Below, in pieces: positions 43,353 through 50,245 of a stretch of DNA of 51,360 nucleotides; position 1 is the stretch's first letter, and every line of letters begins with the position of its first letter. Origin of the DNA: a virus. Both the position numbers and the translations under genes were made by a program. The stretch covers positions 1 through 51,360 of IMG/VR virus record IMGVR_UViG_3300045988_172722; one strand, 5' to 3'. The notes beneath the pieces are model-generated. The model was given only the letters and a program-made list of their open reading frames with translations. It was not told the DNA's origin and did not search any database.

Positions 43353-44035
43353 ATATAGCATATAAGAATGCAACTGAGGCTTTTGAGGACCTATATGCTT
43401 TTATTATGGGCCAAGGAATAGATACTAACGTTGGAACAAAGGCCGTTTACAATGTTGGCTTTTATTTACGTAATCCTCAGCAGCGTATTATAACAACAGA
43501 ATGGCGCAAATTCAGCGAACGATATGCTGAGCGTGAATATGCCTGGTATATGTCAGGCGATAGGAGTGTAGCAGAAATTAAAAAGTTTGCTCCTATGTGG
43601 GATAAAATGCATGGAGGCGATAACATAGTCAATTCAAATTATGGTTGGCAATGGACGCGCAATAAGCAATTAGCCAAGTGCATTGAACAGCTCAGAGAAA
43701 ATAAAGATACTCGCCAAGCTTGGTTTACAATCTTTGATGGCAAAGAGAAGGATGACTATAAATATGACACTCCCTGCACTTTGTCTGTAGGTTTTGATAT
43801 TAAGCCGGGCATCGAAACTCTTGATATGTGCGTAACTATGCGAAGCAATGATTTGGTTTACGGTTTTTGCAATGACCAGTATTGCTGGACTAAGCTTCAA
43901 CAGTTAGTAGCCGATGAACTTGGTTTGCCTATAGGTACATATTACCACTTTGCTCATGACCTCCATATATATGAAAGGCATTGGGGCATGAAAGAAAATT
44001 TTTATAAAGAACGACTTAAAAAACTGGAAGAATGA
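43349..44035 (+). CDS. Thymidylate-synthase-fold pyrimidine hydroxymethylase (T4 gp42-like, probably dCMP-specific)
   Basis: The motif order is EYAWYMSGD, VNSNYGWQW, NKDTRQAW, catalytic Cys in DTPCTLSVGF, MRSNDLVYGFCNDQYCW, LHIYERHW. At 228 aa it is too short for ThyA and lacks the PPCH and LGxPFN motifs. It closely parallels my recollection of T4 gp42 (MRSNDVVFGFRNDYAWQ ... LHVYSRHF). Confidence 0.7.
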   Translation: MNIAYKNATEAFEDLYAFIMGQGIDTNVGTKAVYNVGFYLRNPQQRIITTEWRKFSERYAEREYAWYMSGDRSVAEIKKFAPMWDKMHGGDNIVNSNYGWQWTRNKQLAKCIEQLRENKDTRQAWFTIFDGKEKDDYKYDTPCTLSVGFDIKPGIETLDMCVTMRSNDLVYGFCNDQYCWTKLQQLVADELGLPIGTYYHFAHDLHIYERHWGMKENFYKERLKKLEE

Positions 44036-44400
44036 AAGTAGCAGACTTAAAGGTGATTGATGTGATACAAATGCCTCAGTTTGAAAAGCACATTGAGGCT
44101 TGTATAAAAGAGCTATATTTAACTCGTACGAAAATAATGAATGAGCATCCAGGTGTTCAATTCAAAAGAGGTCCTATCGATAGACTTCAGGAAAAGAAAG
44201 TGTTTGGGCCTAAAGCTCTTGCAGTTCTCTATGCTAAAGTAGTTGATAAAACTATAGATATAAATGAATATCCTTCTGTGCTTAGAACTTTTATCAAAGG
44301 AATAGGTGATGAAGCTTTTCATAGAACCTATGTTGAACTAAAACAAGCTGAAGAAGAGCAAGAAGATAAACAACAAGTAGTAAGATATAAAGAAAGATAA
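44032..44400 (+). CDS. Hypothetical protein
   Basis: This is a 122-aa ORF overlapping the hydroxymethylase stop (ATGA). Confidence 0.55.
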   Translation: MKVADLKVIDVIQMPQFEKHIEACIKELYLTRTKIMNEHPGVQFKRGPIDRLQEKKVFGPKALAVLYAKVVDKTIDINEYPSVLRTFIKGIGDEAFHRTYVELKQAEEEQEDKQQVVRYKER

Positions 44401-44405
44401 CTGAT

Positions 44406-44591
44406 ATGAAAAAGATAGCTAAATTCGTATGGAAATGTGTAGGATGGATTTATTTTCCTATATACATATTGTTTTGGATACTGCATAAAGTAGCAAGATT
44501 GGTGTTAGCAATTTCCTATTTTGGAATGCTTGAAAAGACAGTTGGCAAAGATATAATTAAGCATTTGTTTATCTGGCATGGAAAACATTGA
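44406..44591 (+). CDS. Small membrane protein
   Basis: The 61-aa product has hydrophobic segments VGWIYFPIYILFWIL and LVLAISYFGML. Confidence 0.45.
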   Translation: MKKIAKFVWKCVGWIYFPIYILFWILHKVARLVLAISYFGMLEKTVGKDIIKHLFIWHGKH

Positions 44592-45438
44592 AGAAAGATA
44601 TGGTGACTTAACAGATAAGGAATATCTTGAGTTTCTCAGCGAAATAAAAGGTGATGATGAAGAAATTGAGGAAGCTCAAAACGAAGCTATTGAAAAGATA
44701 GAACTTGAAGAAGAGCATACCGAATTATCTGAGTCAGAAGAAAATGCAATGATAGAGGCTTACTATGGAGATGATGCTTGGCGAAAATTCGGTAAGTATT
44801 TCTTCAGTAAGCCTGCTATCATTGAAGCCTATAAAAAAGCACAGAGAACCCGAGAGGCGAAGCGTAGAAAGCTTAAAGAAGATAGAATTGCCATACAGCG
44901 AATGGCTTTTAATCAGGATTATTTACGACTTAGCGACCCTGTAGGAAATGATAATCTTAAGTTGCTTATAACTCTACTTACTGCTGAACATACTAGAATG
45001 GTAGAAAAATATGCAACTTACATAAATAAAAGATTAGCAACTCTTATCAACCCATTAATACCAAGAAGGATTAGGATTTGTAAGATGATATATCCCGAGT
45101 CAATGAAAGAATGCCCTGGTTTTTTATATAAAGCAAGTGAGGAATATGGCGAAGGACAAACATTCTGGGCAATGCCTGATATACCTTATTATTTCAAGCA
45201 GAATACGGAACAAGCAGAGCTGCAAAAGTCAATAAAATATGCAAATTATCTTATAAACATAGATAAGGCTGTCGCGTCTTATAATACGCATAATAAGGTA
45301 AGAGCAGAAAAAGAATTAAAATACGCCTCTATGGTAGTTCGTAAAGGTGTATATTCTTATTTTGACTTGCTTAGGTTAAATCCATTTTGGTTTGAAATAC
45401 TGTTTAATGACTTAAAAAATAAAATTGACAATTTATGA
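44578..45438 (+). CDS. Hypothetical protein with an acidic N-terminus, translationally coupled to the response regulator
   Basis: The ORF is 286 aa. Its stop overlaps the next ATG (ATGA at 45435-45438). No kinase motifs are present. Confidence 0.6.
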   Translation: MENIEERYGDLTDKEYLEFLSEIKGDDEEIEEAQNEAIEKIELEEEHTELSESEENAMIEAYYGDDAWRKFGKYFFSKPAIIEAYKKAQRTREAKRRKLKEDRIAIQRMAFNQDYLRLSDPVGNDNLKLLITLLTAEHTRMVEKYATYINKRLATLINPLIPRRIRICKMIYPESMKECPGFLYKASEEYGEGQTFWAMPDIPYYFKQNTEQAELQKSIKYANYLINIDKAVASYNTHNKVRAEKELKYASMVVRKGVYSYFDLLRLNPFWFEILFNDLKNKIDNL

Positions 45439-46145
45439 AAACTTCTAAAGATGCTATATCGCAACCGAAAATTCTTGTTTATCAAGATGAAGACTGTAGC
45501 ATAATGGTTGATTACCTTATATTCTACGGTTTTGATGTTATAACTTCAAACAAAGAAGATATAATACCAAAGATAAAAGATGGCGGCTATGATTTATGCA
45601 TTTTAAGCCATTATAAATCTATAGATATAGGTAACTTATCTTTGTTGAAAATTCTGCGCAAAGCAGATAAGTCTACACCTGTTATCATGGTTTCTGATTT
45701 GTCAAAATATCAATTCATAATTGAAGCTTATGATGAAGGAGCAGATGACTACGTAGTTAGACCATATAATCTTGAAATACTTGTGCGCAAAATAAATATA
45801 GCTCTTAAAAGGTGCGGCATAAAAACAAGAACAATTCAAAATGCTTATCAATTAGGCAATTACAGATTTGATGTTCTCAACGATACGCTTGCTATAGATA
45901 ATACTGAAATAAAGCTCCCTGCTAAAGAAACTCAATTGCTTGCTTTGCTTTGTGCGTATGAGGGCGAAGTATTGCAAACAAGCGTAATAATGCAAAGACT
46001 ATGGCGAGGAGAAAATAATTATTGGAATAAACGCAGCTTAGATGTAAATATATGCCACTTACGAAATTATCTTAAAATGGATGAGAGAATATCGATTGTA
46101 ACTAAGCGAGCTTTAGGTTATTCTCTCGTTATACGGGAAGAATAA
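45435..46145 (+). CDS. OmpR/PhoB-family response regulator with a degenerate (phosphorylation-incompetent) receiver domain
   Basis: The receiver reads KILVYQDED ... YDLCILSHYKS ... PVIMVSD ... GADDYVVRPY. The winged-helix output reads LPAKETQLLALLCAYEGEVLQTSVIMQRLW...SLDVNICHLRNYL...TKRALGYSLV. Ser replaces the phospho-acceptor Asp (ILS versus LLD) and Arg replaces the conserved Lys (VRPY versus TKPF). Confidence 0.8.
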   Translation: MKTSKDAISQPKILVYQDEDCSIMVDYLIFYGFDVITSNKEDIIPKIKDGGYDLCILSHYKSIDIGNLSLLKILRKADKSTPVIMVSDLSKYQFIIEAYDEGADDYVVRPYNLEILVRKINIALKRCGIKTRTIQNAYQLGNYRFDVLNDTLAIDNTEIKLPAKETQLLALLCAYEGEVLQTSVIMQRLWRGENNYWNKRSLDVNICHLRNYLKMDERISIVTKRALGYSLVIREE

Positions 46146-46201
46146 AAAATAGTGGGAAATTACTTAATATATTCTCCCGCTATATTTCTCTTGTTAGGCT
46201 A

Positions 46202-46678
46202 TTAGCTATTTTTCTTCTTAAAATGCTTCAGAAAATACAGGCTCATTTTTCCTGCCTCAAATTCCTGATCTTGATTTCCTGTATGAAAGCACTTATGCCC
46301 GAATTTGTTAGTATAAACCTTAAAATCACCTTGCAATTCTCTTGCTCCTGTTTGTAGATTATACCACCATACTCTAATAGTATTGGCGTCAAGCCATTTT
46401 ATTTGCTGTCGAATATATTTTGTAAGCTCTTGATATTCATCGAAGTCCATATCATCTTCAACGTACGGAACAAAGATGCATTCAATAAGGTCTGAGTCTT
46501 CAACAGCTTTCCAATTCTCTTCTACATAGAAGCCATGAGGAAACATTGCAAGTATTTCTTGCGCTTCCTCAAGATTTTCTTCATCGAGCGGTTCTTCTTC
46601 CTCAAGCAAATAGAAAAATGCGTCATTGGAAATTTGCATTTCCTGCTTTTGACTGTAATCAAGTCTAAATTGGCTCAT
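46202..46678 (-). CDS. Hypothetical protein with a very acidic N-terminal half
   Basis: The ORF is 158 aa and contains LLEEEEPLDEENLEEAQE and VEDDMDFDEYQE. It is the last gene of the minus-strand block and is convergent with the response regulator gene. Confidence 0.6.
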   Translation of the reverse strand: MSQFRLDYSQKQEMQISNDAFFYLLEEEEPLDEENLEEAQEILAMFPHGFYVEENWKAVEDSDLIECIFVPYVEDDMDFDEYQELTKYIRQQIKWLDANTIRVWWYNLQTGARELQGDFKVYTNKFGHKCFHTGNQDQEFEAGKMSLYFLKHFKKKNS

Positions 46679-46839
46679 CTATTCTCCTGCTCAATTGTTT
46701 CACGATACTGCCTTTCAATTTCTGCCATTCTATCCATAGCTTCTTTAGATGGAACTAGCTGTGCAACATGCACAGATTGCTCTTGAGAACTATTCTCTTG
46801 CTGTACCTCTCGGGTATTCTCTTGTTCGATATTTTCCAT
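46675..46839 (-). CDS. Small hypothetical protein (54 aa, below the ORF-track cutoff)
   Basis: Manual translation gives MENIEQENTREVQQENSSQEQSVHVAQLVPSKEAMDRMAEIERQYRETIEQENR. The TGA stop overlaps the ATG of the downstream gene (ATGA). Confidence 0.5.
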   Translation of the reverse strand: MENIEQENTREVQQENSSQEQSVHVAQLVPSKEAMDRMAEIERQYRETIEQENR

Positions 46840-46850
46840 ATTGCTTTATA

Positions 46851-47057
46851 TTAAAATTGTTCAACATTTCTCCTGTTATTCTCCTGTCCAATTGTGGCAG
46901 ATATTCTCTCGGCCAATTTTACCACTAGTGCAGGACTCCGATGTGGGCATCCAGTGTATAAGCCGTTATGCATACGTCCAACACAGTTTGAGCCTGAGTG
47001 CTCAAACTGCCTAACCCATAGGACCAAGCTGCAATCGACTACTCTAGTATGTAACAT
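46851..47057 (-). CDS. Possible small Cys/His-rich protein; alternatively a structured non-coding RNA region
   Basis: The 68-aa ORF ends 11 nt before the next start, which is operon-like packing. However, the DNA is locally GC-rich and contains a perfect 10-bp hairpin CAGTTTGAGC-CTGAGT-GCTCAAACTG (46985-47010). Confidence 0.3.
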   Translation of the reverse strand: MLHTRVVDCSLVLWVRQFEHSGSNCVGRMHNGLYTGCPHRSPALVVKLAERISATIGQENNRRNVEQF

Positions 47058-47280
47058 TTTTTAACAGTTTTATATTTATTCTTTTATAAGCTAAAGTACT
47101 AAATTATCTTGATATAGAATACTGTTTTAACACTTTAACATGAAAATTTTTTATCTGATTTATTGTGGCTTTGCCTATAAAAGTGGAGACGTAATAAGCC
47201 CTAAAATTCATTCGAGAATATCATTTTTTCGCGTTTTCGCGTCATTTCTTTTCGAAGATAATAATTTATATATCTCTCAA

Positions 47281-47456
47281 ATTTGAACGCGATAGAGGTC
47301 ATCTCTTGAGCCCTGCTTTTTACCAATAATTTTATGGCAGTTAACAATTGCAGTATGTAGCACCAAAGTATAACGGCATCAAGCCTAAATAATAGATTTG
47401 AGCCATATAAAATTCATATCTAGGAGCTCCATAGATGACCTCTATCGCGTTCAAAT
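47281..47456. repeat. 176-bp element bounded by perfect 24-bp inverted repeats
   Basis: ATTTGAACGCGATAGAGGTCATCT (47281-47304) is the exact reverse complement of 47433-47456, with a 128-bp spacer. A degenerate third copy GAACGCGAAAGAGGCACG lies at 47501-47518. Two ACGCGAAAA-type half sites in inverse orientation lie at ~47228-47246. Confidence 0.85.
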
Positions 47457-47559
47457 CATTTATATGTATTAAGTATAAGGCTTAATATAAAAGTATCCTA
47501 GAACGCGAAAGAGGCACGTTTCTGGATGTTTACACTTTTTAACAAATATAGCAGAAATG

Positions 47560-47599
47560 GCAATAAAATAAAAGCGGCAGAGCTTAAATGCCGTGCCGC
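47560..47599 (-). terminator. Rho-independent terminator for the 47672-48820 gene
   Basis: The stem is GCGGCA (47574-47579) / TGCCGC (47594-47599). On the minus strand it is followed by TTTTATTTTATT. It lies about 70 nt downstream of the stop. Confidence 0.55.
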
Positions 47600-47671
47600 A
47601 ATTATGCATATAGATAAAAAGAGAGAACCGCCTCATGCGAGACGGTCCTCATTGACTGATCGGCTGTGTGG

Positions 47672-48820
47672 TTATGCAAGCGGGTCAGTCTCTTCAGTTG
47701 CCTCAGCGGGAGCTTCGGCTGTCTTTTCTGCTGGAGCCTCGGCAAGACTAGCACCCTGGCCTGCGAGCCATTCGTCCAGCTCCTTGCGAGCATCCTCAAG
47801 CTGCTGCTTTTTAGCTTCCAGCTCTTCAGTTGCTTTCTGCAACTTCTCTTCAGCTTTCTTCAGAGCTTCTTCGCATTTTACGAAACGGTCTTGAGGAGTA
47901 AGCGGCGTGCGAGTAGCAGCGGCCTCACGACGCTCGCAGTATTTCTTGTTGAGCTCTTCGCCTTCAGCGTCAAATTCTTCTGCAATTTCGAGGTCTGCGG
48001 TAATAACCTTATGCATGGTTTTGGTTGCCAGCGGGTTACCCTCAATTGGAGCAGGAACTGAAATGCGGTAAAGAAGTCGCTGAGCGCGCTTGTCGGGCAC
48101 GATAGCCACGATACGGCCTTCGTTGTACTCGATTTTCTCTTCGCCAGTCTCCGGGTCAGTCACGCGATACTTTTCAAATTTAACCGCTTTGCCGACGTTA
48201 CCGATAACTTCATTTACTGCAGTAGCAATTGCTTCTGGTGTCCATTCAACTTTTTCAGCAGCAGGGTCTTTTGCCTTACGACTACCGCAAGCTTTCTTCT
48301 CAACCTCAACGACTTCGTCAAAGATACGAACAAGATTGCTGTCATGTACCTTAACAATGCGGCGTCCATCGTCAGTCTTGATTGCGTAAAGTACCTTATT
48401 GCTGCGCTTCTCCTCAATCACTCCGGCAATATAGCCGTCAACCCATTCTGCAGTGTTGAAAGGAACTGCCTGACAGCGGTGGTTGATGTTTTTCTTCAGC
48501 TCTTCAGCCAGAGTGTGACGCTCTTCGTCCGTCATTTTCGGCTTCTTTTCCTGAGTTGCCTTACTGCCATTATAAAGCGGATTGAGTCCGCCATTCTCTT
48601 CAGCCGCTTTGATGGCTGCTTCTTCTTCGGGAGTGAGCGGAGTTTCCTCTGCTGCAGGTGCTTCAGCGGGTGCTTCGGCTGTTTCTTCAGCCTTAGGTGC
48701 CTGAGCCTGTTCACGAGCTGCAAGTACAGCCTCGATAGCCTTCTTGTCTTCGTCACTTGCTGTTGCCATGAGGGCGTTCAGCTTCTTGGTTGTCATCTGA
48801 GCAAATTTCTTTGTTGTCAT
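47672..48820 (-). CDS. Hypothetical protein with Ala/Glu/Pro-rich termini and two internal beta-rich repeats
   Basis: The ORF is 382 aa and clearly more GC-rich than the rest of the genome. The N-terminal KAEETAEAPAEAPAAEE mirrors the C-terminal AEKTAEAPAEATEE. A C-terminal coiled coil is present (KKAEEKLQKATEELEAKKQQLEDARKELDE). Confidence 0.75.
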   Translation of the reverse strand: MTTKKFAQMTTKKLNALMATASDEDKKAIEAVLAAREQAQAPKAEETAEAPAEAPAAEETPLTPEEEAAIKAAEENGGLNPLYNGSKATQEKKPKMTDEERHTLAEELKKNINHRCQAVPFNTAEWVDGYIAGVIEEKRSNKVLYAIKTDDGRRIVKVHDSNLVRIFDEVVEVEKKACGSRKAKDPAAEKVEWTPEAIATAVNEVIGNVGKAVKFEKYRVTDPETGEEKIEYNEGRIVAIVPDKRAQRLLYRISVPAPIEGNPLATKTMHKVITADLEIAEEFDAEGEELNKKYCERREAAATRTPLTPQDRFVKCEEALKKAEEKLQKATEELEAKKQQLEDARKELDEWLAGQGASLAEAPAEKTAEAPAEATEETDPLA

Positions 48821-48888
48821 AATTCTGTAAATTTTAAGTTGTTATTAAAACGTTATTTTGTTATTTTAGAATCTGACTTACATCATAT

Positions 48889-48934
48889 CTTCGTTATTTT
48901 CTATATGCAAATATACAAACTATTTTCGAACTAG
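48889..48934 (-). promoter_or_regulatory. Early-type promoter cassette, copy 2 of 3 (-7 box TATATTTG = complement of 48908-48915)
   Basis: The reverse complement CGAAAATAGTTTGTATATTTGCATATAGAAAATAACGAAG differs from copy 1 (29459-29500) at about 3 positions. Confidence 0.7.
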
Positions 48935-48993
48935 AAAAATTATTTGGAAATTTTTTATCTGATTATGTGTTAAAAAATATCAACTGTAATTCT

Positions 48994-49254
48994 TTATTTC
49001 TTAAACGGCCCCAAGAGTCCTAACGTACTTATATTATACCCTTCTTTGCCAAAGAATTTAAGTGCCATATTTGCCAATTTCGTGGTACCTAAGGCATCCG
49101 AAGACGCTACTATGATAGCCACATAACCCTTTTCGTTGGATACGATAGCGCAATCCGAAATGGCTTCTACGAAGTCCTCCATACTGTTCAAGTTCTCTAA
49201 AGTTGCCTCAACTTGAAGGCGATAGGCTGTTACAAATATTTCTGTCTTTTTCAC
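48994..49254 (-). CDS. Hypothetical protein
   Basis: This is an 86-aa ORF with a GTG start that overlaps the stop of the upstream small ORF (GTGA). Confidence 0.55.
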   Translation of the reverse strand: MKKTEIFVTAYRLQVEATLENLNSMEDFVEAISDCAIVSNEKGYVAIIVASSDALGTTKLANMALKFFGKEGYNISTLGLLGPFKK

Positions 49255-49412
49255 GCTTTTGCAGTTTTAATCGATTTGATAACTTCAACACTGAAAACTC
49301 CATGCCAGAAAGCAAATCTGACTATTATCTTTTCAGCTTGTTTTTCTACTGCAATCGTCGGACTTAGGAACAAAGTTTCTGATTTTGCCGTGATAAAATT
49401 TACTGTTACCAT
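49251..49412 (-). CDS. Small hypothetical protein (53 aa, below the ORF-track cutoff)
   Basis: Manual translation gives MVTVNFITAKSETLFLSPTIAVEKQAEKIIVRFAFWHGVFSVEVIKSIKTAKA. The stop overlaps the next start. Confidence 0.45.
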   Translation of the reverse strand: MVTVNFITAKSETLFLSPTIAVEKQAEKIIVRFAFWHGVFSVEVIKSIKTAKA

Positions 49413-49473
49413 AACTTTTAATTTTTAGAATTGTTATTGAATTTGTGCCGCTGTAGTTAAAAAATGTTGGTTA

Positions 49474-49710
49474 TTATTTTACGCCCATTTTTGCAGCATA
49501 TTCGTCAATCTGTTCTCTTGTAAGCCATTCCGGCTTGATTGGCAGCAAATCGTAAAGCTCTCGCATTTTATCGATTTGCTTTTGTTCGTCGCGAGCCCAA
49601 AGGCAATGATTTGCATCACGGCCACCATAACCAAGGTAGTACTTACAATCGCAACTAAGACGGCCAAGCAGCATATACTCAAATCTAAAGTCTTTCTGTG
49701 CCATAATCAT
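49474..49710 (-). CDS. Small protein resembling a stand-alone domain of the large polyvalent proteins of conjugative elements and phages (family name uncertain)
   Basis: FEYMLLGRLSCDCKYYLGYGGRDANHCLWARDEQKQIDKMRELYDLLPIKPEWLTREQIDEYAAKM matches, from memory, a recurrent module (xxLLxRLxxDCxYYLGxG...LWA...QIxKMxELYxxLPxKPEWLT). Confidence 0.6.
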   Translation of the reverse strand: MIMAQKDFRFEYMLLGRLSCDCKYYLGYGGRDANHCLWARDEQKQIDKMRELYDLLPIKPEWLTREQIDEYAAKMGVK

Positions 49711-49752
49711 TACGTATAAAGTTGGTTAAATAAAGTCTCTTGCTGAACATTG

Positions 49753-50136
49753 TTATTCCGGTATTACTGTTATTGTCCATTCAAAGCCTATTGTTCTCTC
49801 AAGACGCTCTTGCTCATGCTCCGCTGACTTCTGGCTCTTGCAGATAGTCGGGCAGTAGCCTTTGCGGTATCTCTTGGGCTGCACTTTCCACGTTCTAAGG
49901 TCTGTGCTCTCCTGTAGCATCTGGTGGATATGCTCCGCCCAGAAGCTTCGAGTTGCGCAGTCATCAACACTCTTGCCAGTGCTCTGGAGAACAACGTTCT
50001 CTCGGTCTGTGCTGTCAATCTCGGCACGGTCACCATATCGGTCATAAGTTACCTGGCAACCCAGTTCCGCGGCCTTGTCAATTAAGGCTTTCCACTGTTT
50101 GTCGGAATATTCATTCCGGTAATAAGTCTTTTTCAT
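49753..50136 (-). CDS. Hypothetical protein
   Basis: This is a 127-aa GC-rich ORF. Confidence 0.6.
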   Translation of the reverse strand: MKKTYYRNEYSDKQWKALIDKAAELGCQVTYDRYGDRAEIDSTDRENVVLQSTGKSVDDCATRSFWAEHIHQMLQESTDLRTWKVQPKRYRKGYCPTICKSQKSAEHEQERLERTIGFEWTITVIPE

Positions 50137-50165
50137 ATCAATACTGTTTTATCGTTATACATTAG

Positions 50166-50220
50166 TGCCCTCCAGCAGAGTCGAACTGCTGCCTCCTGTT
50201 GGGAGCTCTCCCGAGAGGGC
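50166..50220 (-). other. 55-nt tRNA-like minihelix (acceptor stem plus T arm, no anticodon arm)
   Basis: The minus strand reads GCCCTCT-CGGGAGAGCTCCCAACAGGAGGC-AGCAG-TTCGACT-CTGCT-GGAGGGC-A. The 7-bp acceptor pairing has one G-U pair. The T arm is canonical with a TTCGACT loop. The internal part is far too short for D and anticodon arms. Confidence 0.5.
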
Positions 50221-50221
50221 T

Positions 50222-50245
50222 AAATATCCGCATTAGCGGATATTT
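50222..50245 (-). terminator. Perfect 10-bp hairpin overlapping the stop of the 50233-50589 gene
   Basis: The sequence is AAATATCCGC-ATTA-GCGGATATTT. No clear U-tract follows on the minus strand, so a terminator function is uncertain. Confidence 0.35.

Noticed and set aside
47526-48934. Plus-strand ORFs 47526-47894, 47666-48061, 48090-48389 and 48344-48934
   Set aside because: All are antisense to the well-formed minus-strand gene 47672-48820. They translate into Ser/Leu/Cys/Phe-rich low-complexity strings, and GC-rich DNA keeps frames open by chance.
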